Positions 1-9,145 of a stretch of DNA of 64,000 nt are shown one piece after another. The DNA is taken from sequence record MW384823.1. One strand, given 5' to 3'. Every line of letters begins with the position of its first letter. Within the stretch, counting starts at the first letter, position 1. The position numbers and the translations under genes were made by a program. The notes below the pieces were generated by a model. That model saw only the letters and a program-made list of their open reading frames with translations, was not told the DNA's origin and ran no database searches.

Positions 1-1098
1 TTTCTTCTTATCATTCTCAGGGCCAGCGATTGCGATAGCGTTGAGCGACTTATAAATGCTCGGCAGGTCAGAAACTTCCGTGGTCGGTAACGGGATAGTG
101 CCGTTATTTTTCTCAGCAGCGGTGAGCGCGCGCCATTCGCCGAATTTGGAAATGGCTTTTACTTGGAGATCATATGGGAACAGGGGCAAATATAATGCCG
201 CGACGTCTTCTTGGTTTGGAATCCCTCGGATAGACCAGCCAGGAATGATGGTGAATTTGGTGGTGGTGAAAATTTCCGGGAAGACCGGCACCCAATCCTT
301 ATTCCCATAATCCGAGTTCGCCAGAATGTAATCACGTAGTGCTTGTTTCTGACGAGTTGGGTTCAAACCTGCCCGACCGTAGATTATGAGGGTCATTGGA
401 ATGATCAATGTCGCCTCGTAGTCCTCGCGGTCGTGCCAGGTGTAGTTGTGCGTTAAACGCGCCGTAAATGGATAACCGTCAGCGAGCACGTTGACTTTAT
501 CATCGTGGTCGGGTAAGTTGAAAGATTCCATCGCTTTTGCGACAACCGTTTTGACAGCTTGGAAAGTGTCAACCGGCATGATGGGCATCTGCACTTCAAT
601 TTCCCAGCCAAGATAGTCTTGATCAAAATCAGCGTCTGAGAACCAAACCATAATTTGGTTATCAACATCGGATGGACTTTCTACTTTGTCCGCCGTGGTT
701 TCGAATTTCCAGCTCACCCAGCGTGGGAACCAGTTACCGTTTGCCTGAATCATGGCACCCGTCTGCACATTGCTGATTGTGGTTTGGAATTGTCCCACTA
801 ACAAACGCTGAAACTCTGACTCGTCATTTTTCGTATTGCCCAGGATCGCTTGGTTATAAATCCACTGGGTCAATCCGAGGACGTGGTCAGTAAAGAGTGC
901 CGGTACTTTTATCTTCGTGTTGTCGCGAAGATACGTGAACGCCACTAATTCAACCTGAAGGTTAGCCTTTGCGAATTTTTGTTTATTCTTCGCAAAAGAC
1001 CAACTTTGATCGGATAACTCACCTACTGGAGCAACTGCACCTTCAGGAGCGTTATCGATTAGTGCCGGTATTTCGATGAAGCCTTGTAAATTGAACAT
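1..1098 (-). CDS. Partial CDS running off the window start; probable virion structural protein
   Basis: Not in the ORF track. ATG at 1098 (MFNLQGFIEIPALIDNAPEGAVAPVGELS...). The segments I translated by hand are open and in frame with position 1 (...AGPENDKKK). Structural role is inferred from context only. Confidence 0.7.
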   Translation of the reverse strand, partial: MFNLQGFIEIPALIDNAPEGAVAPVGELSDQSWSFAKNKQKFAKANLQVELVAFTYLRDNTKIKVPALFTDHVLGLTQWIYNQAILGNTKNDESEFQRLLVGQFQTTISNVQTGAMIQANGNWFPRWVSWKFETTADKVESPSDVDNQIMVWFSDADFDQDYLGWEIEVQMPIMPVDTFQAVKTVVAKAMESFNLPDHDDKVNVLADGYPFTARLTHNYTWHDREDYEATLIIPMTLIIYGRAGLNPTRQKQALRDYILANSDYGNKDWVPVFPEIFTTTKFTIIPGWSIRGIPNQEDVAALYLPLFPYDLQVKAISKFGEWRALTAAEKNNGTIPLPTTEVSDLPSIYKSLNAIAIAGPENDKKK

Positions 1099-1120
1099 AA
1101 AAATAAACTCCGAGGTGAGC

Positions 1121-1609
1121 ATGATAGCTGCAATTATTAAACTGCTTCCTTTTCTCCAGTTGCTTTTAGAAGCATTCAAGCCGGGGGATGGAGAAAAGGT
1201 AACCCGAGCCAATAAAATCACAGCACTCGCAATCGTTTTACTTCTGACGTATTCACTCTTTGTGTCGTACGCCTACGTTGACCAGTTTCATAAATTGGTT
1301 CAGATTCGAGAACACGACCAGTACGTCGCTCGCCAGAACGAGGAGCGTGGAGAGACCATCAAAACGCAGGCGGATGAGTTAAGGACGCTCTACAGCCGCA
1401 TTTTCGAATGCTTGAGCAATCGACCATATGATGGCGCGAAGGGCGCAGCAAGTGTCCCTCCTCCTGCACCGGTAGCGGTACCTCAAACACCGGTTCACAC
1501 CGAAACCAAAACCACCGACAATAAGCGCGAAGCTGCGGCGAAGCCGGTAGGTGTAGTAGATATGAGTCAGTTCCGTCAAGAACTGCTCAGGAACCTAAAC
1601 GAGGAGTGA
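1121..1609 (+). CDS. Putative inner-membrane spanin (i-spanin, Rz-like)
   Basis: GAGGTG RBS before ATG 1121. One hydrophobic segment (ITALAIVLLLTYSLFVSYAYV), then a coiled-coil-like region and a Pro-rich linker. Directly upstream of a lipoprotein gene. Confidence 0.6.
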   Translation: MIAAIIKLLPFLQLLLEAFKPGDGEKVTRANKITALAIVLLLTYSLFVSYAYVDQFHKLVQIREHDQYVARQNEERGETIKTQADELRTLYSRIFECLSNRPYDGAKGAASVPPPAPVAVPQTPVHTETKTTDNKREAAAKPVGVVDMSQFRQELLRNLNEE

Positions 1610-1611
1610 AA

Positions 1612-2076
1612 ATGAGGGTCATGCTAATTTGCTTATCGCTGTTGCTAACAGCGTGTAGCAGCTGGGCACCCGTCAAGACGACCACTGCAAATACCGAGTG
1701 GTCGGTTCGTGAACTTGGACCACCCCCTGTTTATCCACAAGGGGTAGTAAGTCTGGATGACCCGCGATACCGTTCGTGGGTGGCAGATGTTAATGCGTAT
1801 GCGTACTACGTGTTCGTGTACGCCCGTAATCTTAATGATTACGCCAGAGTTCACGGGTGGCGGCCACCGCAGGTTGCGCCCATTTGTGAGAAGTTTGATT
1901 TGTGGGTGGTTCATCCCATTCCACAACGCATTACCTTGGACGAAAGTGCTCGCCGTCCTGAGGACATCTCACGCGATTTGGCAACGCAGCTCAAGCGCAT
2001 CCTACTGAACTACCGTGAAGATCGTAAGTCTTTCCAAAAAGCATACGAAGCCCACCTTAGCACATGCCTTAACTAA
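1612..2076 (+). CDS. Lipoprotein; putative outer-membrane spanin (o-spanin, Rz1-like)
   Basis: GAGGAG RBS. Signal peptide MRVMLICLSLLLTA-C with an LTAC lipobox, followed by Pro-rich segments (LGPPPVYP, WRPPQVAP). Confidence 0.65.
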   Translation: MRVMLICLSLLLTACSSWAPVKTTTANTEWSVRELGPPPVYPQGVVSLDDPRYRSWVADVNAYAYYVFVYARNLNDYARVHGWRPPQVAPICEKFDLWVVHPIPQRITLDESARRPEDISRDLATQLKRILLNYREDRKSFQKAYEAHLSTCLN

Positions 2077-2079
2077 ACA

Positions 2080-2119
2080 CGACACCTATTCCTTCGGGGG
2101 TAGGTGTCGCTTTATTTTT
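2080..2119 (+). terminator. Intrinsic terminator with UUCG loop
   Basis: CGACACCTATTCC-TTCG-GGGGTAGGTGTCG followed by CTTTATTTTT, directly after the o-spanin stop. Confidence 0.85.
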
Positions 2120-2163
2120 ACACAACCAACCCATCTAATGTATACCCACAGGAGAGTTTAATC

Positions 2164-2919
2164 ATGACCGAAGTCGCCCCAACTAAACGCACACCGAATA
2201 TCTTCGATGCGCCCGACATCCATATCCCAACTATCGTCATCGGTATTGACGTCGAGACCAAGTCAACCCGCGCTGATGCGTATCCGGTTGCTATCGGCGC
2301 AGGGGCATGGGACATCGCCACGATGCGTCTGATTGCAACCCACTACCAGACCATCGACCCAAACGATGAAAAGGCAAAGGCCATCTTCCACGAAGACCCG
2401 TACACGATGGCGTGGTGGCGTGGGGAAGGGGACAACCCCGACTATGCACCGTCGCGTGAAGCTTACGCCGAAGCGTTCTCTGGCACCATGGCAATGCCAG
2501 AAGCCTTGTGGGGAATGTACAACTTCCTTGAGAAGTTCAAATCTCATAAGGTTGCACTGACTATGCGTGGCCCAGAATTCGACCAACCGATTCTGATGAA
2601 CGCTTTTGCCCAGTGTGATGTTCCAACCAGCCTCCTGAAACGTTTCTCGATGCTGGATTCTGACCGGACGGCGGAGCGTATTATGTACGCGTTTAACCTG
2701 ACGCCGGACTACCGCGCGGAGTCACACAACTGGACACGCGGCAAAGACGCCTATTTACACCACGCCTGCTTTGATGCGGCGCGTGAAGGCTATGTTACTG
2801 CCCGTATTTATCACTTAGCACTGATTGCACGTCTGCACGGCTTTGACCGTATGCTGGAAGCGCACAATCAACTGATGACCGGTGAATATACGGCGATGGA
2901 TTATCTGAGAGAGGAATAA
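2164..2919 (+). CDS. DEDDh (DnaQ-like) 3'-5' exonuclease
   Basis: Exo I IGIDVET, Exo II RGPEFDQPIL, Exo III HHACFDA. Start moved to ATG 2164 (GGAGAG RBS) because the track start lies inside the terminator. Confidence 0.75.
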   Translation: MTEVAPTKRTPNIFDAPDIHIPTIVIGIDVETKSTRADAYPVAIGAGAWDIATMRLIATHYQTIDPNDEKAKAIFHEDPYTMAWWRGEGDNPDYAPSREAYAEAFSGTMAMPEALWGMYNFLEKFKSHKVALTMRGPEFDQPILMNAFAQCDVPTSLLKRFSMLDSDRTAERIMYAFNLTPDYRAESHNWTRGKDAYLHHACFDAAREGYVTARIYHLALIARLHGFDRMLEAHNQLMTGEYTAMDYLREE

Positions 2920-4439
2920 TGGACGTTAAAGAGTACGATCATGTCGTCGTCTATACGGACGGTAGTCGTGTAGGCCCTCCTAATGGTACGGGGGGCGGTA
3001 TCCATGGATACGCTTTCAACACTGGGGTGTTAAATGAAAATACCCCGTACAGCCTGCCGGACGTAGAGGAGTGTGTCACGACCAACGGGTACAAAAAGTT
3101 CCCGAAGGACATTAAGAAGCCCACGGTGCCTGAAACAGTTGATTTCTTCGACTGTGTAATTCCCGTTCCGGCGGAATTCTGGTCGGACGTGGCAGAACTG
3201 ATGGCATTTATCAGTCTCTTTGAAAACTCACCTATCCTTGCCAAGAACTACACCGTCTATATCGATGCGTCTTACGTAGTCAATGCGTGGAACGATTGGA
3301 TGGACGGTTGGCGCAAACGTGGTTGGACGAAGGCAGACGGTACCCCAATTGCCAACGTGAATCTCATCAAGAAGATTGATGAAATTAAAACTCGCCTGCG
3401 TCAGGAAGGACGTTCTATCCGCGTGATCAAAATCAAAGGTCACGCTGGGTTCTACGGCAATGAGCGTGCGGACATGATGGCGCGTAAAGCTTCGTCGATG
3501 GTCGCTGCTGGTCAAGGGGTTGAGTATCGTCCGTTGTGGAGTGTTTCCGGCGAGCTGCCTCCAGAACCCGAAGCTGAGGTGATGGGCAGTGACGGCAGTT
3601 TACTCAACATGCCGAAAATCACCAACACGAAATTCTGCTATCCGTTGGTGAACGAAGAACACCCGACCATGTCCATTAACGGTGAAAGCTGGAAGTACAT
3701 GTTCGGTGGGAACCACGCAAAGAACAAGGAAGACATCGTGTTCATCGGCAAGATGATTCCCGATGCGCAGTTTGCGGTGTTCCTGAGTAAAGAGGGTTGG
3801 GATAACGTTTACCAGTTGGTCAATAAGCACAACGAGCTGGCGTGGGATAATGTCCCGCCGATGAAACGTTACGACCCGATTGCCATTGTGTACAACACGA
3901 TGATTAAGCGCAAGAAGTTCCAAGATGCCGCCAAAGAAGGGTTGCCGGTTAACCTGATGAAATTCAGTGAAGATGGTAACCTGTGGTTGTACGAAGACCT
4001 TGCGATTACCCGTGTCGTGCGCCCTGCGCTGCTCTCTTACCGTGCGTTGGAAATCCGTGATGAACTGGCTGCCTTTTTACGCGACGGCGTAGAAGACCGC
4101 CCAAGCGTTGTGCTGAACGATATCACGCATCTGCTGTTTGATGAGAAAGACAAACCGGTGAAGACTTTTTACCGTAATGTCGACGTCAGCTTCAACGTGA
4201 AGGTCAACTACCCCGAAAGCGACAAGCAGATTCCGATTATCCTGACCCGTAATATCGACATGCCGGATCGTACCGACATGAACCGTATCATGGAGCCGGG
4301 CGGTAAATGGTACGTGGCTTGTCGTCGTCCCCAGAAACGTTGCGTGGAGTTTGCTGTGGTCTATATTGGTAAGGAATACCATGGGCTGTGGTGTGGCTAT
4401 TACGCCAACAAACGCATCTTGAAAGAAGAGGAAGTGTAA
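2919..4439 (+). CDS. rnhA: Ribonuclease HI with long C-terminal extension
   Basis: VYTDGS, VAELMA, VYIDASYV, WRKRGWTKADGTPIAN, KIKGHAGFYGNERADMMA: all RNase HI catalytic motifs are present. Confidence 0.92.
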   Translation: MDVKEYDHVVVYTDGSRVGPPNGTGGGIHGYAFNTGVLNENTPYSLPDVEECVTTNGYKKFPKDIKKPTVPETVDFFDCVIPVPAEFWSDVAELMAFISLFENSPILAKNYTVYIDASYVVNAWNDWMDGWRKRGWTKADGTPIANVNLIKKIDEIKTRLRQEGRSIRVIKIKGHAGFYGNERADMMARKASSMVAAGQGVEYRPLWSVSGELPPEPEAEVMGSDGSLLNMPKITNTKFCYPLVNEEHPTMSINGESWKYMFGGNHAKNKEDIVFIGKMIPDAQFAVFLSKEGWDNVYQLVNKHNELAWDNVPPMKRYDPIAIVYNTMIKRKKFQDAAKEGLPVNLMKFSEDGNLWLYEDLAITRVVRPALLSYRALEIRDELAAFLRDGVEDRPSVVLNDITHLLFDEKDKPVKTFYRNVDVSFNVKVNYPESDKQIPIILTRNIDMPDRTDMNRIMEPGGKWYVACRRPQKRCVEFAVVYIGKEYHGLWCGYYANKRILKEEEV

Positions 4440-5194
4440 TGCAGAAGCTTTACAGTGAAACGCTCGTCATGCACACCACACGGTTGGTTGAAGCGATGGC
4501 GGACTACGCCTATATGCTTTACGTCAAAGGACGGGCGGATTGCGGTATCGGCGATGCAATACCAAACTTCGACTGCGGAGAGGTTGGGAAGCAGGCCATG
4601 GCGGAAGTCGTGGCTGAACTTCTTCTCGATGCAATTATGGGGATTAACGCGGGCACCGGCTATAGCTATCGTACCGTGGTGAAGATGCCCGTTATTCACA
4701 CGGAGAAATACCAGAACTGGCGAGACTCGGGCAACTGTGGGATGTTCACCATCCAAGAGATGTTTGACGCCCATTGTCGTGAGTTGCCATTGGGGCCGTT
4801 GATTGAGGGGGCGATTCGTTGGTATACCCGTGAGTTTGTCAACGAAGTGCATAGCATCATCAACAACGAATGGTATTGCGATCGGGAAAATGAACTTGTT
4901 ATCTTCACAACCCGTGAAATGCTAGTTCGGCAAATACTGAACGGGACGGTGGTGTTAGCGTTGCTGTCACGGGAAGATTACGAATTTGCGGCCGAGGCAG
5001 ATTGTCTTGCTGATATCCGCGATGAGGTTTTCCAATACCCGTATTCGTTCGTTACCCAAAATGACATGAAGGTATTACACGAACGGATTCCGTCCTTCAT
5101 TCTCTCGCCGGAAGACCAAGACTCAGATGAAGACCCTGGGGTTGAACTCTTTGTCTTGAAGCCAGAAACGATTGATGGAATCAAAAAACTCTGA
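4439..5194 (+). CDS. Hypothetical protein
   Basis: TAATG overlap with the rnhA stop gives start 4439; 251 codons; acidic. Confidence 0.7.
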   Translation: MQKLYSETLVMHTTRLVEAMADYAYMLYVKGRADCGIGDAIPNFDCGEVGKQAMAEVVAELLLDAIMGINAGTGYSYRTVVKMPVIHTEKYQNWRDSGNCGMFTIQEMFDAHCRELPLGPLIEGAIRWYTREFVNEVHSIINNEWYCDRENELVIFTTREMLVRQILNGTVVLALLSREDYEFAAEADCLADIRDEVFQYPYSFVTQNDMKVLHERIPSFILSPEDQDSDEDPGVELFVLKPETIDGIKKL

Positions 5195-5197
5195 GAT

Positions 5198-5215
5198 AGA
5201 TATTATCTTGGTGAG
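5198..5215 (+). promoter_or_regulatory. Putative early (virion RNAP) promoter
   Basis: AGATATTATCTTGGTGAG. Near-identical intergenic copies at 13935, 46144 and 62107. Resembles the phiKZ early TATATTAC core. Confidence 0.65.
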
Positions 5216-5236
5216 TAGTCTATAAGGAGTATCAAC

Positions 5237-5971
5237 ATGCTTCGTGTCAACACCCCCGAACTCCTTCTCTTTAACCCCTCGCTTGTCGAGGGGTTGTTCG
5301 ACAAGATGTGGGAGCGGTACTTTAGAGAGGAGATGAATTCTGACCCATGGTGGTATCGCTATCGGGGTGACTTCTTTCTTGACTCGTCGCAGATTACGCT
5401 GGATGTGTTCAGCCGCTGTGTCGAGGAAGTGGTACAAGCTGCAAACTTGCGTCGTCCGCTGGACTTCAATTACGTCACGTTTGATTTTTCATGGTACATG
5501 GACAATTACAACTACGAATGTGATTTGGGGATAGACGACCAAGAGAAGATTGAAAACAAAATGTTTGACTTCTTCCACTTCGTGATTAATCAACTGGTTT
5601 CGCAGGAGTTCTTAGATGCGGCAACGAAACGCTTGACACCCACATGGGAAGCCTTAACGGAACTCGTGGGCCAGCGTGGGATTGTGGGCTTCTGGTACGA
5701 ACCCTGTCAAGGCCAGATGAAGATGGACTCCGGACGTGACCACGTCTGGGCGGTACAGGAAGGGGATTACGACGCTGAGCTGTATGCTGAGTGGCAAGGT
5801 GCTCGTGCGGGCACACTCTTTTACCACGCCACCGTTGGCGATGGTAATGAGTTTTATTTATTTAATGGGTCGCTTATCCAAGACGGGCAATCACTTGACC
5901 ATATCCCATACGGGGAAATGGTGACGCTGTGTCGCCTGACTGAAAAAGCACAAACTACAATTGACCTTTAA
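5237..5971 (+). CDS. Hypothetical acidic, aromatic-rich early protein
   Basis: TAAGGAG RBS; 244 aa ORF directly after the promoter motif. Confidence 0.75.
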   Translation: MLRVNTPELLLFNPSLVEGLFDKMWERYFREEMNSDPWWYRYRGDFFLDSSQITLDVFSRCVEEVVQAANLRRPLDFNYVTFDFSWYMDNYNYECDLGIDDQEKIENKMFDFFHFVINQLVSQEFLDAATKRLTPTWEALTELVGQRGIVGFWYEPCQGQMKMDSGRDHVWAVQEGDYDAELYAEWQGARAGTLFYHATVGDGNEFYLFNGSLIQDGQSLDHIPYGEMVTLCRLTEKAQTTIDL

Positions 5972-5983
5972 GGAGTATCTACC

Positions 5984-6352
5984 ATGAAACTTGATCAAGC
6001 TATCCAACAGTATGTTACCCAATTTAACCGTCACGGTCTGTTCCTGCTGCGCTTTACCAACGAAGCCCAGTTGTTGGAACACAACCCAAAAACGTTTGCT
6101 GTGGTGTATGAAAACGATAGCATCGGCGAGCCTGAGCGTGACACCCTGCGTAAGCTGCGCGAAGATGCTATCGTCGCCGAAGTCGTGCATGTTCAGTCTG
6201 TTATCTGTGCCGAAGGTTGGCCGGGGAAACTCGATACCGAAGCGGACGTGGTGTTAGAAGTCGTACAGGAAGGGGACACTCGCACTCTGGTGCCGGTGAA
6301 ATGGCGTGCAGTCGATACCCTGCCTGAACCGATTGAGTTCACGGAGCTGTAA
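5984..6352 (+). CDS. Hypothetical protein
   Basis: TAAGGAG RBS; 122 aa; in operon. Confidence 0.75.
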   Translation: MKLDQAIQQYVTQFNRHGLFLLRFTNEAQLLEHNPKTFAVVYENDSIGEPERDTLRKLREDAIVAEVVHVQSVICAEGWPGKLDTEADVVLEVVQEGDTRTLVPVKWRAVDTLPEPIEFTEL

Positions 6353-6354
6353 GT

Positions 6355-7092
6355 ATGGATATGCGTCCAGTCAGGCTATATCTCCTGACGGCGCTTCACG
6401 ATCATTTGATGCGTCTCGGTGAGGCGCGTCATATCGCGAAGACAGCATACCTGATGATTGCGCGAGAAATCGCGCGGTCTGACTTGCGCTGCCGTCACAA
6501 GTGGTTGTTAACGGACGTCTGCGAGCGTTTAAAGGCAAGCGTCTATTCGGACGGACTGACCCGTGCCCTTTCTTACGTCTGGGTCTACGATGATATCCGG
6601 GGTGAATCCTTTATCGACAACAGTGCGCGTGTGGTTAAGTTAATCGAGCGGGTAACCAACGATTATTACGCCACCACGGGCGGTCTCACCACCGAAGTGA
6701 ATATCCAAAGCACCATCTTGGATTCGCTTCGCGAAACGGCCAATCATCTCGACGCCCCCATTCTTTTTTCTACCGACTACGACCTGTTGCGTTTCCGCAT
6801 CTGGTTTACCGGGGAAATGGACGATGTCGATATGCACGAGCTGTGGTGTCACGATGTGCACAGCATGGATGAATGGACAACCCTCCTTACCACCTACCCG
6901 TCAGAGAAATATCTGTGGCGTCAAGATCACGAGCCGTTGATTCCGGAAAGACTGAATGATGAAGGTTACGACATCGAAGCGTTCTGGAAAAACATCTCGA
7001 TTCTCAGTTTGGACAAGCTCTACGTGATGGCGAAGGAGCGTCTGTGTTCCGAGGATGACGACCGATGCGAACTGTACACAGCTATGCACTGA
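6355..7092 (+). CDS. Hypothetical protein
   Basis: 245 aa; closely packed in operon. Confidence 0.7.
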   Translation: MDMRPVRLYLLTALHDHLMRLGEARHIAKTAYLMIAREIARSDLRCRHKWLLTDVCERLKASVYSDGLTRALSYVWVYDDIRGESFIDNSARVVKLIERVTNDYYATTGGLTTEVNIQSTILDSLRETANHLDAPILFSTDYDLLRFRIWFTGEMDDVDMHELWCHDVHSMDEWTTLLTTYPSEKYLWRQDHEPLIPERLNDEGYDIEAFWKNISILSLDKLYVMAKERLCSEDDDRCELYTAMH

Positions 7093-7481
7093 TGATGTTT
7101 CAAGCGTGGTGGCCCAAACTCACGGACGGGATTATCGGCATTTCTGGGTGGGAATATGTGCTCGTGACCTCGTACCTGATTGAGTGTGCGAAAAACGGGC
7201 TTATCCTGCCCAGTGAGCGCCGACAGGCGATACTGATGGAGAAACTCGATTCCATGTATCCTGCCGCAATGTTCCAACACCGCAAGCATTTGTTCCATGC
7301 GGCGCTGGTTGAGTTGGGCGATGAACGCACCGCGATTATCGTGAAGAAAATACGCGATGAGATGGTTAATGTGTCACGCGAACTTAATCTGGTTTGGGTC
7401 GGTGTGACCTACACACCGTTAGATGTTGTTCGTTGTCGCTACCAAGTTAATTTCGCATCCAAGTCCAGAGGTGTTGCATGA
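7092..7481 (+). CDS. Hypothetical protein
   Basis: TGATG overlap with the previous stop; ATGA overlap with the next gene. Confidence 0.65.
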   Translation: MMFQAWWPKLTDGIIGISGWEYVLVTSYLIECAKNGLILPSERRQAILMEKLDSMYPAAMFQHRKHLFHAALVELGDERTAIIVKKIRDEMVNVSRELNLVWVGVTYTPLDVVRCRYQVNFASKSRGVA

Positions 7482-8017
7482 AAGTATTATTAGACTTCTC
7501 GTTATCAGAGTCACGGGCAAAGCTCGATGCGATTCTGCTGACGATGAAGAAGTCGTTGGAGTTCGAAGTCCACAACGCGCTGGCCGAATATGAGCGTTCG
7601 TTAAAAGTGGAAACGGGCGATGTCTACTGTCTGGTCGATGCCGAGGGGATTGTCAAAACCACGGTCGATTCGATGATTGATAAAGTCCGTAACGTTCTCA
7701 GTACCCCGCTGCCGGTGATGGTGGCGCACTGGGACGATGGGGCCGATGTGCTTGACCTGATTCGTGATGCCTTTGAAAAGGGTGCCGCGAACATGGAAAG
7801 TATGGCGCTAGGCGATGCGACCGAAGTGTACGTGACCGTCCCCATGAAAGAGGGCGGGAACAACTTCGAGATGGTGTCGCTGCACGAGGTGCTGAACACG
7901 GCCAATTCGCAGGCGATTGATAAGATACTGGACGATGCGTGTGTGAAAGTGCGCGACGTCTGTATCAAAGAGATTGTCTATATTCAGGAAAAACTCTTGA
8001 AGGGAGCTACCTGGTGA
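7478..8017 (+). CDS. Hypothetical acidic helical protein (possible paralog family)
   Basis: GAGGTG RBS; 179 aa; N-terminus resembles those of the two following genes. Confidence 0.7.
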   Translation: MKVLLDFSLSESRAKLDAILLTMKKSLEFEVHNALAEYERSLKVETGDVYCLVDAEGIVKTTVDSMIDKVRNVLSTPLPVMVAHWDDGADVLDLIRDAFEKGAANMESMALGDATEVYVTVPMKEGGNNFEMVSLHEVLNTANSQAIDKILDDACVKVRDVCIKEIVYIQEKLLKGATW

Positions 8018-8616
8018 AACTCCACATTAACCTGACCCCCAGCAACTTTGAAAAGCACTGGCCGGAAATGATGATGCAAATCCGTGAGTCGATGGATGCG
8101 TTCATGCATGAGTTTACCGGCTTGGCGGTAGAAGACAACAAACTTCTCACACTGCCACTCTGGTCGGTTTTGTTTGATCCGATATCGCGGTTGTCTAACT
8201 CCATGCTGACGTTTGAATTTGACAAGTCAGACATCGAAGATAAACGTATTGAGAAGAACATCGAGATTATCACCCTCGATACGAAACTCGACAGCGTGCT
8301 GGAAGACATTCGCGATGCGGTGAACTATGAGTTGAATGAGTTCAAGACGCACACCACTGCGAATGAAGCACTCAACGGATGGTTAAAAGAGATGTCTGAC
8401 GAAACCCGTGGTAAGTTGCGGGATGAGTTGGTTGGGTTGGTTCATCGACACATCTCGACACTACTCGACATCCTGTTCGCACAATTGACAGCGGAAATCA
8501 TCGAAATCTCGTTCCGCTTTCGCCCGCGCCCTGTGATGGTTGCCACTGACGGCGGTAAGCAGATGGTTGGTCGAATCTCGGACATGATTCAGGATGTCCC
8601 TGACGAACCGGCTTAA
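8014..8616 (+). CDS. Hypothetical acidic helical protein (possible paralog family)
   Basis: GTGA overlap start at 8014 with a GGGAG RBS. Confidence 0.7.
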   Translation: MKLHINLTPSNFEKHWPEMMMQIRESMDAFMHEFTGLAVEDNKLLTLPLWSVLFDPISRLSNSMLTFEFDKSDIEDKRIEKNIEIITLDTKLDSVLEDIRDAVNYELNEFKTHTTANEALNGWLKEMSDETRGKLRDELVGLVHRHISTLLDILFAQLTAEIIEISFRFRPRPVMVATDGGKQMVGRISDMIQDVPDEPA

Positions 8617-8618
8617 CC

Positions 8619-9098
8619 ATGAACGTTTATTTCGATTACGACGATTCGCATATCCGGCAGTTGTGGGTGGATGCGTTTGATAGCATCCGTATCGAGTTAC
8701 AAGAGTACCTGCGAAATCAGATGCGCGAGTGTTCGCATACGGAATCGGTTGTTCTGGCGCAAACGTTGCTACAACCCACCTATCTGGTGTTCTACAAGCA
8801 ACATGACACTGTGTTTCGTACCATTGTCGAAAAGGATGATTTGGATTCGACAGAGTACACCTTTGAGATTGACGATGAAGCGTACCGGAAACTTATCAAT
8901 CAGTCCATCGAAGAGTCGGTTGCGGAAACGAAAAAGGCATGGAACGTCAGAACGTTACCGGTGTTATTCGACCGGGAAATCGTTTGCCGAAAAATCGAAG
9001 CCATCCTCTTTGAGCATCTGGATGAGTTTGTCATGGAGCTGATTGGGTACATGGAAGCCTTTGTCAATGAACTGATAGAGCAACGTCGAAATAAATAA
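8619..9098 (+). CDS. Hypothetical acidic helical protein (possible paralog family)
   Basis: 159 aa; last gene before the bidirectional terminator. Confidence 0.7.
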   Translation: MNVYFDYDDSHIRQLWVDAFDSIRIELQEYLRNQMRECSHTESVVLAQTLLQPTYLVFYKQHDTVFRTIVEKDDLDSTEYTFEIDDEAYRKLINQSIEESVAETKKAWNVRTLPVLFDREIVCRKIEAILFEHLDEFVMELIGYMEAFVNELIEQRRNK

Positions 9099-9145
9099 AA
9101 AGCCTACCTACTCCCGAAGGAGTAGGTAGCTTTATTTTTTTTATT
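9092..9145. terminator. Bidirectional intrinsic terminator (repeat family)
   Basis: A-tract, CTACCTACTCC-CGAA-GGAGTAGGTAG (9104-9129), then T-tract, between convergent genes. Identical copy at 25599. Confidence 0.9.

Noticed and set aside
2104-2163. ORF-track starts upstream of the chosen ATGs (also 1076, 4388, 7939, 11780, 21303, 22141, 35257, 56486)
   Set aside because: They fall within terminators, hairpins or neighbouring genes. The downstream starts have clear RBSs or stop-start overlaps.
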